Shown: positions 38,997 through 48,398, counted from the first letter of the stretch. The stretch: 64,000 nt of DNA from an uncultured Candidatus Binatia bacterium (GCA_965242525.1 OZ251459.1:480001-544000); one strand, 5' to 3'. A program made the numbers and translations. Notes: generated by a model from the letters alone, not told the origin.

Positions 38997-39185
38997 GGGA
39001 AAACCCTGAACGATCATCCCCGTTCGTCCTGAGCGTAGCGAAGCGAAGTCGAAGGACGCGCTTGTTTGCTCGCAAGGTCTGGATTCCCGCTTTCGCGGGA
39101 ATGACGGGATGGGGAGTGTCGCAACCCACACGAATTCCGGAAGCGCCGCTTTCCCGCAGGTGAGGGACTTCGAACCGGAATGGAC
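38997..39185 (+). repeat. Composite repeat: family-A TIR and core, ATTCCCGC hairpin (39080-39105), family-B end (39111-39147)
   Basis: Direct matches to the other copies; lies between convergent genes. Confidence 0.85.
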
Positions 39186-39203
39186 CGGGCGGGGCGCCGG
39201 GCG

Positions 39204-39398
39204 TCAGCCCTCGTTGACGTGGACGCGGATGGCTCCGTAGGCGCAGTCCCACTGGCAGACGAAGCATCCCTGGCAGTCCTGGGGGTAGGCCATGCGGGCC
39301 TTGCGGTCGGGGTCCAGGCGCAGGACGTCGGTGGGGCAGGTCTCGACGCAGACGCCGCAGCCGGTGCACGCCCGCTCGTTGACTTCAACCCGCGGCAT
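39204..39398 (-). CDS. 2x[4Fe-4S] ferredoxin (AprB-like)
   Basis: CTGCGVCVETCP and CQGCFVCQWDC; overlaps the end of the flavoprotein gene. Confidence 0.88.
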   Translation of the reverse strand: MPRVEVNERACTGCGVCVETCPTDVLRLDPDRKARMAYPQDCQGCFVCQWDCAYGAIRVHVNEG

Positions 39399-41115
39399 GG
39401 GACGGCTCCCGGTTGCGGAAGACCAGGTGCAGGTTCCGGGTGGGCCGCACCGGGATGGGGTCGTGCCAGGAGTCGGGCAGGGGCTCGTCCCACAGCTTGA
39501 GGTCCCCGTCCTCGCGCTTGACCACCACCATCCTCACCCAGTCCACGTTGTCGATGACCGGATAGTCCTCGCGGATGAACGCCACGCGGCTTTCCGTCCG
39601 GCGCCGGTAGGCGCGCAAGGTGGCCTCCAGCACCTGCAAGTACTGCTTGAGGCCCCAGGCCTTGGCGAGCTCGTGGGGGTCCCGGGCCATGAGCCGGGGC
39701 GCGTCGTGGGCGCGTATCTCCGCGAGCTCGTCCAGCGCGGCGTCGATGCGGTCGGCGTGGAGCACCAGCCCGACCTTCTCCATGAGCAGCCGTCCGAGGC
39801 GCCGGTGCACGCGGTCGAAAGCCGCTCCGTCCCGTTGCCGGAGGGGCCCATGGATATCTTCCGCCACCCGTCGGAGCTGGTCCGGTTGCGGCGGGACGGG
39901 GTTCTCCGGACGCGGCTCCCGGCCCGCGGCCCGTCCGGTCCAGTCGCCGGTGACCGAGCAGAAGGGGAGGTGGCCGCCCGGCAGCCAGGTCATGTCGGTG
40001 CAGGTGCCCGCGGCGTAGAGCCCCGGCACGGTGGTCTCGCCGCGCTCGTTGACCCGGGCGCCGGCCCCGAAGATGCCGCTGGTGCCCGCCACCTGGTAGG
40101 TATAGGGCACCGGCGTCTCCGTGAGGTCGCCGGCCACCGCCTCCTGGTTCGCCGCCACGATGGGGATCACCCGCCGGATGATCTCCATCCGTTCGGGCGG
40201 CACGTCCCGCAGGTCCATGGCCGGGACCCGGCCCCGTTCCTTCTGGTGGGCGACGGCGAAGTAGAGCAGCGCCCGGCTGGTCATCTCCATGCGCTTGGGG
40301 TCGTAGTCTTCCAGGAACCGGCGGCCGTCCCGGTCCACCCACTTGGCCCCCGAAGGCATCAGCGACTCCAGGCCCGGCGCGGACAGGGCATGGTCGGGGT
40401 TCAGGTTGATGCCCCCCAGCTCCAGCCGCGACAGCTCCGCGCCCGCGCGCATCATCATGGCGATGCCGTCGCCGGAAAGGTCGATGGGCATGTAGCCCAG
40501 GGTGCTTCCGGGCCACGGGTACGGGAACTTGTAGGGGCCGGTGCAGACCACGGTGGCGTGGGCCGCGAACTCGTGGACCTCCCCGGTGCGGGTGTGGAAC
40601 CCCGCGGCGCCCACGACCCGCCCGCGGGTGGGCAGGCGCCCGTCCGACGTGAGCAACTCTGTGAGGGCCACGCGGTTCACCACCTCCACGCCGCTGCCCA
40701 CCACCCCCGAGCGCACCGCCATCATCATCTGCGGGCCGCCTTCGGCCATCCACACGCCGTTGGCGAAGGAACGCCCCGGGGCCCCCATGCGGACGATCTT
40801 CCGGCCCTGCTTGAGCCACTTGACGCCCCAGCCGTCCATGAGCATCACGTGCTCGTGCATCACCGGCAGGGACTTGGCCAGCAGGGGCTGGTTCACCAGC
40901 GGGCCGCCGAAGGCCCGCATCCAGGCGTCCACGTCGTCCCCCGGCATGTACGACGGATAGACCCCCGACGCCAGAGCGCTGCACCCGCTGCGGCCGAAGT
41001 ACGAGCGGTCCACCAGCAGCACCCGCGCCCCGGCCTCCCGCGCCCGGTAGGCCGCAAACGCCCCGGCGATGCCGCCGCCGACCACCAGCACGTCCGTTTC
41101 CAGGCGAACCGCCAT
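39385..41115 (-). CDS. SdhA/FrdA/AprA-superfamily flavoprotein
   Basis: DVLVVGGGIAG, GRSGCS, LSGDG, TTVPGLYAAG, RTESR..REDYP. Confidence 0.85.
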   Translation of the reverse strand: MAVRLETDVLVVGGGIAGAFAAYRAREAGARVLLVDRSYFGRSGCSALASGVYPSYMPGDDVDAWMRAFGGPLVNQPLLAKSLPVMHEHVMLMDGWGVKWLKQGRKIVRMGAPGRSFANGVWMAEGGPQMMMAVRSGVVGSGVEVVNRVALTELLTSDGRLPTRGRVVGAAGFHTRTGEVHEFAAHATVVCTGPYKFPYPWPGSTLGYMPIDLSGDGIAMMMRAGAELSRLELGGINLNPDHALSAPGLESLMPSGAKWVDRDGRRFLEDYDPKRMEMTSRALLYFAVAHQKERGRVPAMDLRDVPPERMEIIRRVIPIVAANQEAVAGDLTETPVPYTYQVAGTSGIFGAGARVNERGETTVPGLYAAGTCTDMTWLPGGHLPFCSVTGDWTGRAAGREPRPENPVPPQPDQLRRVAEDIHGPLRQRDGAAFDRVHRRLGRLLMEKVGLVLHADRIDAALDELAEIRAHDAPRLMARDPHELAKAWGLKQYLQVLEATLRAYRRRTESRVAFIREDYPVIDNVDWVRMVVVKREDGDLKLWDEPLPDSWHDPIPVRPTRNLHLVFRNREPSHAAG

Positions 41116-41211
41116 CGCGCGATCTTAGACGGGCGCGGACGATTGTTCAAGCCGGGTTCCGCGGGCCATCCCCTTTGACGGACGCGCCCCCGGGCAGTAG
41201 AACAGTGCAGA

Positions 41212-41520
41212 GGAACCTCTGGACGATCGAGCCGTGGATGGGGGTATTCCCTCACGCGACCTTCCTGTCCCCGTTCGTCCTGAGCGTAGCGAAGCGGGAC
41301 CTCCGTTCATCCTGAGCGTAGCGAAGCGGAGTCGAAGGACGCGCTCATGCTCCCTCCGATTGTTCAGGGTTTCCCGGAGTCCATGGATTCCCGCTTTCGC
41401 GGGAATGACGTGGGTGGGGCGTCCGCGACGCCAACCGATGACGGCATGGTCGGAATGGGAGGGAGCAGCCTCATTGCGGGGGCGGGGAGTGCCACTACCC
41501 ACACGAATGCCTGAAGAGCC
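41212..41520 (+). repeat. Composite repeat: family-A MITE (41212-41374), hairpin (41384-41409), family-B end (41484-41520)
   Basis: GGAACCTCTGGACGATCG..CGATTGTTCAGGGTTTCC around a duplicated core. Confidence 0.85.
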
Positions 41521-41585
41521 GGACCGTTCCGGGTTTCCCGGAGGCCCGGACGGGCAAGCATACGGACAGGGGAGGGGGACGTTTC

Positions 41586-42539
41586 ATGGGCGCGATACTG
41601 GGAAAGGGCGCGTTTCGCTACGAGGTCCGGGAGGGGTGGGCCAGGCTGCCGGACGGCATGGCCTTCAGGGAGGTGGCGGGAGTCGGCGTGGACAAGGCCG
41701 ACAACGTGTACTGCTTCACCCGGGGCGACCACCCGGTGATCGTGTTCGACCGGGACGGCCGCTTCCTGCGGACCTGGGGGGAAGGGGTCTTCACCCGCGC
41801 CCACGGCGTCACCATGGGGCCGGACGACACCATCTTCCTCACCGACGACGGCGACCACACGGTGCGCAAGTGCACACTGGACGGCAAGGTGCTGATGACG
41901 CTGGGGGTCCCGGGCAAGGCCGCGGCCTTCCAGGGAGGCGAGCCCTTCAACCGCTGCACCCACGTGGCCTTCTCGCCGCAAGGCGACATCTACGTCTCGG
42001 ACGGCTACGGCAACTCCCGGGTGCACAAGTACTCCCCGGACGGCAGGCTGCTGTTCTCCTGGGGCGAGCCCGGCACCGACCCGGGCCAGTTCAACCTGGT
42101 GCACAACGTCTGCACCGACGCGGACGGCTGGGTCTATGTGGCGGACCGGGAGAACCACCGCATCCAGGTGTTCGACGGCAAGGGCCGGTTCGAGACCCAG
42201 TGGTGCGACAACCTGCACCGCCCCTGCGCGCTGTACATGGAGGCCGGCCCCAACCCCGTCTGCTACATCGGCGAGCTGGGTCCGGGGGCGTCGCAGAACG
42301 CGGCCTACCCGAACATCGGCCACCGCATCGTGGTCCGCAGCGCCGACGGCGTGGAGCTGGCGCGCTTCGGCCATCCGGTCATGGGCGAGGGGCCGGGCCA
42401 GTTCATCGCTCCCCACGGCCTGTGCCTGGACTCGCGCAGGAACCTCTACGTGGCGGAGGTCTCCTGGACCATCATGGGACGCCGGCTGGACCCGCCCCGG
42501 GAGATGCGCAGCCTGCAGAAGCTGGTCAGGCTGGACTGA
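41586..42539 (+). CDS. NHL-repeat beta-propeller (PAL-like)
   Basis: YVSDGYGNSRV, GQFNLVHNV, YVADRENHRIQVFD, GQFIAPHG. Confidence 0.9.
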   Translation: MGAILGKGAFRYEVREGWARLPDGMAFREVAGVGVDKADNVYCFTRGDHPVIVFDRDGRFLRTWGEGVFTRAHGVTMGPDDTIFLTDDGDHTVRKCTLDGKVLMTLGVPGKAAAFQGGEPFNRCTHVAFSPQGDIYVSDGYGNSRVHKYSPDGRLLFSWGEPGTDPGQFNLVHNVCTDADGWVYVADRENHRIQVFDGKGRFETQWCDNLHRPCALYMEAGPNPVCYIGELGPGASQNAAYPNIGHRIVVRSADGVELARFGHPVMGEGPGQFIAPHGLCLDSRRNLYVAEVSWTIMGRRLDPPREMRSLQKLVRLD

Positions 42540-43752
42540 CCGGGTCCGCGTCCTCCCGCTCCGCCCGGGGCAGGAGCCAGGGGAGCGCCAGCCCCACGGC
42601 CAGGGCGCCGGCGCCGCCAATGAGGTAGGGCGCCCGGGCGCCCGCGCGGTCGAGGATCCAGCCGGACGCGGTGTTGGAGGCGATGCCCCCGAGCCCGAGT
42701 CCCACCATGGCCACCAGGGACTGGGCGGTGGAGCGCAGCCGCCCGGGAGCCACGCTATCGACGTACAACGGGCCGCCCATCATCAGGCCCGTGACCATCA
42801 CGCCGTGCAGGGTCTGCACCGGGTAGATCCAGTAGGGGTTGGCGGTGAGTCCGCACACCGTCCAGCGGACGCCGCCGGCCAGCACGCCCGCGGCCAGCAG
42901 CCCCCGGGAGCCCACGCGCTTGAGGCCCATGCCGGTGCACAGGATGAGCGGGACCTCCACCACCAGCATCAGGATCCACATGTGCTGCACGGTCTCCAGT
43001 GTGCCCCCTTGGGAGCGGACGTACACCGGCAGCAGCCCCATGGGGCCGGTGACGAACAGGTAGGCGCTGAACGAGACCAGGAGCAGGCGGCGCATGGGGC
43101 GGTTGCGGAGGAGGACGCGCCACTCCCCCCGTGCGGCCCGCAGCGCCGCGACCCCCTCCCGGGGCAGGGCGAGGGCCAGGACCCCGGCCAGCAGCACGAT
43201 GCCGGCGGCGCCCTGGAACATCACCCCCAGGCCCGGCTCCGACGGCCCTCCCGGCGCCGGGGCCAGCCCCTGCCAGCGCTGCACCGCGTCCAGCGCCCCG
43301 GGGAAGGCCAGCACCGCGGCCAGGAAGCCCACGGTGCCCCAGGCCCGGGCGAAGCCGTACGCGTGGGGTCCGGAAAAACGGAAGGCCGCCAGTGCGACGG
43401 ACACCGAAAGCGGGATCACCGGGGTCGAGAACGACGCCAGGAAGACCGCGGCCAGGAGGATGAACGCGAACCCCCGGGCCAGCCCCAGCAGCGCGAAACC
43501 CGACGCGGACGCCAGGGTCAGGAAGGCCACGAGCCGGCCCCGGGCGCCGGTCCGGTCCGCCACCTGGCCCCAGAACGGCTGCGCCGCGATCCCCACCAGG
43601 GGCATGACCGAGAGGACCATGCCCAGTTGGGCGCCGCTCAACCCGGCGTTCTCCTTGAGGTAGAGGCTGTAGTAGGGGAAGAAGACCCCCAGGGCCCCGA
43701 AGAAAGTGAACCAGAACAGGGAGATGGACAGGCCGTGGCGCCGGAAGCTCAT
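42526..43752 (-). CDS. MFS transporter (MFS_1-like, HcaT/YwbF type)
   Basis: GVFFPYYSLYL, WGQVADRTG, YGFARAWGTVGF, LRSTAQ. Confidence 0.88.
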   Translation of the reverse strand: MSFRRHGLSISLFWFTFFGALGVFFPYYSLYLKENAGLSGAQLGMVLSVMPLVGIAAQPFWGQVADRTGARGRLVAFLTLASASGFALLGLARGFAFILLAAVFLASFSTPVIPLSVSVALAAFRFSGPHAYGFARAWGTVGFLAAVLAFPGALDAVQRWQGLAPAPGGPSEPGLGVMFQGAAGIVLLAGVLALALPREGVAALRAARGEWRVLLRNRPMRRLLLVSFSAYLFVTGPMGLLPVYVRSQGGTLETVQHMWILMLVVEVPLILCTGMGLKRVGSRGLLAAGVLAGGVRWTVCGLTANPYWIYPVQTLHGVMVTGLMMGGPLYVDSVAPGRLRSTAQSLVAMVGLGLGGIASNTASGWILDRAGARAPYLIGGAGALAVGLALPWLLPRAEREDADPVSPA

Positions 43753-43890
43753 GGAGCCTCAAGTCTATCCCAACGCGCCGGCAATGGACACCCGGCCGTC
43801 GGGAATGAAACTTGCACCGTTATGCGATAGAGTATTCCCGGGAAGGCGGGAGTCCCGCCCGTGCGCCGGCGAAGGCCGCTTCGCCCGAAG

Positions 43891-43999
43891 GGAACCCGGA
43901 ACGATTGCCTCCGTTCGTCCTGAGCGTAGCGAAGCGAAGTCGAAGGACGCGCTTTCCCGCAGCGGGATGGCGTTCGAACCGGAATGGGACAGACGTCCC
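43891..43999 (+). repeat. Family-A element upstream of the second VOC gene
   Basis: Core at 43911-43953; GAAG on both flanks (possible target duplication). Confidence 0.8.
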
Positions 44000-44013
44000 G
44001 AAGGAGGGTTGGA

Positions 44014-44403
44014 ATGGCAAGACTCAAGCACGTTGCGATCAGGACCGGAGACGTGGCGAAGACCGCGGCCTTCTACAAGGAGGCGTTCGACCTCCGGGAG
44101 GTCGGCAAGGGCCGGGCCGGCGTCTATCTCTCCGACGGCCACGTGAACTTCGCGATCCTGGACCTCAAGACCCCCTCATCTCCCGCGGGGGTGGACCATT
44201 TCGGTTTCCAGGTGGACGACCTGGAGAAGACGGTGGAGCGGGTGTCCGAGCTCGGCGGCGGGCGGCTCACGGATCTGGCGCGGCTGACCCCCGGCGACCC
44301 GTCCCATCCCCAGTCCTACTTCGAGGTCAAGGTGACCGGCCCCGACGACCAGGAGATCGACGTGTCCGACACCGGATGGGTGGGCGCTCCCCGTGGAACC
44401 TAG
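44014..44403 (+). CDS. VOC/glyoxalase family protein
   Basis: LKHVAIRT..FY, LSDGHVNFA, GVDHFGFQVDD, FEVK..GPD. Confidence 0.88.
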   Translation: MARLKHVAIRTGDVAKTAAFYKEAFDLREVGKGRAGVYLSDGHVNFAILDLKTPSSPAGVDHFGFQVDDLEKTVERVSELGGGRLTDLARLTPGDPSHPQSYFEVKVTGPDDQEIDVSDTGWVGAPRGT

Positions 44404-44433
44404 CGGCCGTTGCGGCGGCCGGACGGAGGTCTC

Positions 44434-45252
44434 GTGAGCCGCGGCAAGGACGGGAGCGCCGGGGAGTTGTTCGAAGAGCTCGTGGGGGTCATGGCCCGTC
44501 TGCGGGGCGAAGGCGGGTGCCCCTGGGACCGGGAGCAGACCCACGCGTCGTTGAAGCGCTACGCGCTGGAGGAAACCTACGAGCTCCTGGAGGCCATCGA
44601 CGGGGGCGACGACGACGCCATCCGGGAAGAGCTGGGCGACGTGCTGCTGCAAGTGCTGTTCCATTCCCGGATTGCGGAGGAGGAGCGGCGGTTCGCGGTC
44701 GAGGGGGTGATGGCCGGCCTGCGGGACAAGCTGGTGCGGCGGCATCCCCACGTGTTCGGCGGCGAGCGCGCCGAGGACGCCGACGCGGTGCTGCGGAACT
44801 GGGAGAAGATCAAGGCCATGGAGAAGCAGCCCGGGAGCCGCGGGCAGGGGCGCTCCCTCTTCACTTCCGTGCCCCGGGCCATGCCGGCCCTGGCCCGGGC
44901 CCAGCGGACCGGCGACAAGGCCGCGGGCGCGGGGTTCGACTGGCCCGACGCGGAGCCGGTCTGGCGCAAGGTCGAGGAAGAGCTGGAGGAGCTCCGGGAG
45001 GCGGCGGGGAGCGGCGAGGCCGGGCGCGTGGAGGCGGAGCTCGGGGACCTGCTGTTCTCTGTGGTCAACCTGGGCCGGTTCCTGGAGGTGCAGGCGGAAG
45101 AGGCCCTGGCCGGCGCGGTCGAACGGTTCCAGCAGCGCTGCGCCCGGGTCGAGCGCGAGCTCGCGGGCCGGGGCAGGACGGTGGGCGAGGCGTCGCCGGA
45201 GGAGCTAGACCGGGCGTGGGAACGGGCCAAGGCTCCCGGGGGGCCGCGGTGA
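44434..45252 (+). CDS. mazG: Nucleoside triphosphate pyrophosphohydrolase
   Basis: GCPWDREQTH, EETYE, EELGDVLLQV, RRHPHVF, GFDW, ELGDLLF. Confidence 0.95.
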   Translation: MSRGKDGSAGELFEELVGVMARLRGEGGCPWDREQTHASLKRYALEETYELLEAIDGGDDDAIREELGDVLLQVLFHSRIAEEERRFAVEGVMAGLRDKLVRRHPHVFGGERAEDADAVLRNWEKIKAMEKQPGSRGQGRSLFTSVPRAMPALARAQRTGDKAAGAGFDWPDAEPVWRKVEEELEELREAAGSGEAGRVEAELGDLLFSVVNLGRFLEVQAEEALAGAVERFQQRCARVERELAGRGRTVGEASPEELDRAWERAKAPGGPR

Positions 45253-46217
45253 GGGCGCTCCGCACGGCTTTCCTGGACGCGGCCACTTTCGGCGTCGTCT
45301 CCCTCGCCCGGTTCGAGGAAGCCGGCGAGTGCGCGGCGCACGAGCTGACGGACGCGGCCGAGTTGCCCGAACGGCTCGCCGGTTGCGAGGTCGTGGTGGT
45401 GAACAAGTTCGTCCTCGACCGGGAACGGTTGGAGCATCCTTCGGCCCGGGGTCTCCGGCTCATCGCGGTGGGGGCCACGGGCACCGACAACGTGGACGTC
45501 GGGTGCGCCCGGGAACTCGGGATCGCGGTGTGCAACGTGCCGGGCTACGCCGCCGCGGCGGTGGCGCAGTTCACCCTGGCGCTGATCCTGGAGTTGGCCA
45601 CCCAGGCGGCCCGGTACGCCCAGGGCACGCGCATGGGCCGCTGGCAGGAGAGCACGACCTTCACGCGGCACGACTACCCGAGCTTCGAGCTGCGGGGGCG
45701 CGTGCTGGGGATCGTCGGGTACGGCGCCATCGGGCGCAAGGTGGCGGAGACGGCCCGGGTCCTCGGCATGAAGGTGGCGCTGGCCGACCGGGTGGGGGAC
45801 CGACGGCGCCGGCCGGACCGCCTGCCCCTGGAGGAAGTGCTGGGGCAGGCCGATTTCGTGAGCCTGCATTGCCCGCTGACGCCGCTCACCGCGGAGCTCG
45901 TCAACCGGCGCACCCTGGCGCTGATGAAGCCCACCGCCTACCTGGTCAACACCGCCCGCGGCGGCCTGGTGGATGAGGCGGCGTTGATCGAGGCGCTGGA
46001 GCAGGGCCGGCTCGCGGGCGCGGCCCTCGACGTCATCTCGCAGGAGCCGCCGGACGAAGGCCATCCGATGATGGCCGCGGCGGCCCGGCTGGACAACCTC
46101 CTGGTAACCCCCCACTGCGCCTGGGCCGCGCGGGAGACGCGCCAGCGGCTGATGGACGAAGTGTTCGAGAACGTCCAGGCGTTCCGCCGCGGCCACAGGC
46201 GGAACCGCGTGGACTAG
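45249..46217 (+). CDS. D-2-hydroxyacid dehydrogenase (glycerate dehydrogenase/HprA-like)
   Basis: ATGTDNVD, GIVGYGAIG, SLHCPL, NTARGG, TPHCAWA; GTGA overlap with mazG. Confidence 0.9.
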   Translation: MRALRTAFLDAATFGVVSLARFEEAGECAAHELTDAAELPERLAGCEVVVVNKFVLDRERLEHPSARGLRLIAVGATGTDNVDVGCARELGIAVCNVPGYAAAAVAQFTLALILELATQAARYAQGTRMGRWQESTTFTRHDYPSFELRGRVLGIVGYGAIGRKVAETARVLGMKVALADRVGDRRRRPDRLPLEEVLGQADFVSLHCPLTPLTAELVNRRTLALMKPTAYLVNTARGGLVDEAALIEALEQGRLAGAALDVISQEPPDEGHPMMAAAARLDNLLVTPHCAWAARETRQRLMDEVFENVQAFRRGHRRNRVD

Positions 46218-46235
46218 TTGCGGGACCGTCTCCCC

Positions 46236-46427
46236 TTACGCCCGGCTGCCTCGGATCTCCCCTCGCAGTTCGGAAAACTCCCGCGCCAGGTTGTGGATGT
46301 CCTTCCGCAACTCGTTGACCTGTTCCTGGAGCCGGTCGATCCTGGTGTCGAGTCGTCCGGTGATTCGCCAGACGAACAGGCCGAGGGCGATTCCGAGGCC
46401 GATCATGGTCAGTATCTCGCTGCTCAT
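46236..46427 (-). CDS. Small N-terminally anchored coiled-coil protein, 1 heptad (63 aa)
   Basis: MSSEILTMIGLGIALGLFVWRITG-RLDTRID-RLQEQVNELRK.. Confidence 0.75.
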   Translation of the reverse strand: MSSEILTMIGLGIALGLFVWRITGRLDTRIDRLQEQVNELRKDIHNLAREFSELRGEIRGSRA

Positions 46428-46544
46428 CTTCGGGGCCTTCCCTTCATGCGTCCTGTTTCGTCCGTTCGATCCGGCCCGGCCCGTGGAGACGTTCCGGCGC
46501 CGCGGAAGACGGAACCGCGCGGCCCGGTTTCCGACCGCCTTTCG

Positions 46545-46757
46545 TCACGCGTGGCTGCCTCGGATCTCCCCTCGCAGTTCGGAAAACTCCCGCGCCAGGT
46601 TGTGGACGTCCTTCCGCAACTCGTTGACCTGTTCCTGGAGCCGGTCGATCCGGTTGTCGAGCCGGTCGATCCTGGTGTCGAGTCGTCCGGTGATTCGCCA
46701 GACGAACAGGCCGAGGGCGATTCCGAGGCCGATCATGGTCAGTATCTCGCTGCTCAT
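46545..46757 (-). CDS. Small coiled-coil membrane protein, 2 heptads (70 aa)
   Basis: ..RLDTRID-RLDNRID-RLQ..; same upstream sequence as the other copies. Confidence 0.75.
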   Translation of the reverse strand: MSSEILTMIGLGIALGLFVWRITGRLDTRIDRLDNRIDRLQEQVNELRKDVHNLAREFSELRGEIRGSHA

Positions 46758-46875
46758 CTTCGGGGCCTTCCCTTCATGCGTCCGGCTTCGTCCCCTCGAC
46801 CCGGCCCGGCCCGCGGAGGCGTTCCGGCGCCGCGGGAGACCGGAACCGCGCGGCCCGGTTTCCGACCGCCTTTCG

Positions 46876-47130
46876 TCACGCGTGGCTGCCTCGGATCTCC
46901 CCTCGCAGTTCGGAGAACTCCCGCGCCAGGTTGTGGACGTCCTTCCGCAACTCGTTGACCTGTTCCTGGAGCCGGTCGATCCTGTTGTCGATCCGGTCGA
47001 TGCGGGTATCGAGTCGGTCGATGCGGGTATCGAGTCGGTCGATCCTGGTATCGAGTCGTCCGGTAATTCGCCAGAGGAACAGGCCAAGGGCGATTCCGAG
47101 GCCGATCATGGTCAGTATCTCGTTGCTCAT
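46876..47130 (-). CDS. Small coiled-coil membrane protein, 4 heptads (84 aa)
   Basis: (RLDTRID)x3-RIDNRID-RLQ.. Confidence 0.75.
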   Translation of the reverse strand: MSNEILTMIGLGIALGLFLWRITGRLDTRIDRLDTRIDRLDTRIDRIDNRIDRLQEQVNELRKDVHNLAREFSELRGEIRGSHA

Positions 47131-47234
47131 CTTCGGGGCCTTCCCTTCATGCGTCCTGTTTCGTCCTCTTGACCTTGATCGGTACTTTTTCCCGTGACTT
47201 TAGTCCATGTCGTGGATTTTCTCTGTTCAAGGGG

Positions 47235-47264
47235 AAGTTAACCCAAGGATTTCGGCCCTGTCAA
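47235..47264 (-). promoter_or_regulatory. Putative sigma70 promoter for the triplicated array
   Basis: TTGACA-N18-TAACTT on the minus strand, about 100 nt before ATG 47130. Confidence 0.55.
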
Positions 47265-47355
47265 TCGAGTCCGCGGAACGACGCGACGGACCGCGGCCCC
47301 CGGCGGGCGTGGCGGCGTCGGCGGTTGCGCGCCCTTGCCGGCCGGGCGCGAGCCG

Positions 47356-48219
47356 CTACCGGCCGGTGATGAGGACGGCGCCGCCGAGGAGGGACAGGGC
47401 CCCGAGGACGACGTTGAGTGTGACCTTCTCCAGGTCCCGGAGGAAGACGAGGCTGAAGAAGAGCGAGAAGAGGGGCGTGGTATTGAGCAGGGGGACCATG
47501 ACCGAGACCTCGCCCAGGCTCAGGGAGACGAACACGAGGAGTTGCGAGCCGGCCGAGACGAACGCCGCGGGCAGGAAGTAGGGCATGCTTTCCCGGCTCG
47601 GCGCCACCACCGGGAACTGCCGCTTGATCCAGAGGTACAGGGCAAAGATGGTGAGGGAGGTCCCCGTGGTCACCGCGCCCCCGACGAACGGGTTGGGCAG
47701 GATGAGCAGCCCCGCCCTGCGGAAGTTCTGGGACACCCCGGCCAGCAACCCCCCGGCCATGGGATAGAGCGCGTCCACGAGCCGCCAGTCGCCCGCGGCG
47801 GCGCCCCTCCGGTAGAGGACCATCCACCCTCCGGCGACGATGAGCAGCGCTCCGAGATAGACCGGCGCGGTGGGCCGCTCGTGCAGGAAGAGCACCGCGA
47901 CCGCCACGGAGAAGAGCGGTCCGGTGCCGCGAAGGGGCATGGCCCGGGCCACCCCCAGGCGTTCGATGCCGATGTAGAGCAGTATCCGCGCCAGCAGGGG
48001 CTGGAGCGTGCCGCTGGCCATGAAGTAGAAGGCCGCGGGGGACCGGACCACGGACAAGGGGTAGCGGAGCGCCACGTAGGACCACATCAGCACGGCGGTG
48101 GCCACGTAGCTGAGGAAAGCCGCGCTGAGGACGCTGGAGGCGCGCGCGCCCCGGCGCACCAAGATGGAGTCCACGGCCCAGCCCATGGCCGAGATGATGG
48201 GGACGATTTCGGGGCGCAT
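47356..48219 (-). CDS. EamA/DMT family transporter
   Basis: About 10 TM segments in two repeats; GIERLGVAR, FLHERPT, LGEVSVMVPL. Confidence 0.88.
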   Translation of the reverse strand: MRPEIVPIISAMGWAVDSILVRRGARASSVLSAAFLSYVATAVLMWSYVALRYPLSVVRSPAAFYFMASGTLQPLLARILLYIGIERLGVARAMPLRGTGPLFSVAVAVLFLHERPTAPVYLGALLIVAGGWMVLYRRGAAAGDWRLVDALYPMAGGLLAGVSQNFRRAGLLILPNPFVGGAVTTGTSLTIFALYLWIKRQFPVVAPSRESMPYFLPAAFVSAGSQLLVFVSLSLGEVSVMVPLLNTTPLFSLFFSLVFLRDLEKVTLNVVLGALSLLGGAVLITGR

Positions 48220-48324
48220 CGCTTCGGGTCTCGGGAGGATGCAGTCCGCTGTAGCCGATACCGCCCGGATAGGCAAACCGGACAGGCGAACGAGGGGCTG
48301 CGGCCCCGGCGTTTCGGGCGCCGC

Positions 48325-48354
48325 TTGACGACCGTTGCCGCGGGACGCTACGGT
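48325..48354 (+). promoter_or_regulatory. Putative sigma70 promoter for the coxMSL-like operon
   Basis: TTGACG-N18-TACGGT. Confidence 0.35.
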
Positions 48355-48398
48355 AGCTTCCCGTACCCGGCGCCGCCGCACGCGCCCCGGCACCCGTC

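Larger units (their letters stand above)
46243..47166 (-). repeat. Tandem triplication of gene plus intergenic unit (about 310-370 bp units)
   Basis: Near-identical coding, RBS and spacer sequence in each unit. Confidence 0.95.

Noticed and set aside
39385-41115. True aprA or sdhA assignment
   Set aside because: No pathway context and no diagnostic motifs recognised.
46218-47197. Plus-strand repetitive ORFs over the triplicated array
   Set aside because: Antisense shadows; the minus-strand frames have the promoter, TM segment and heptad pattern.
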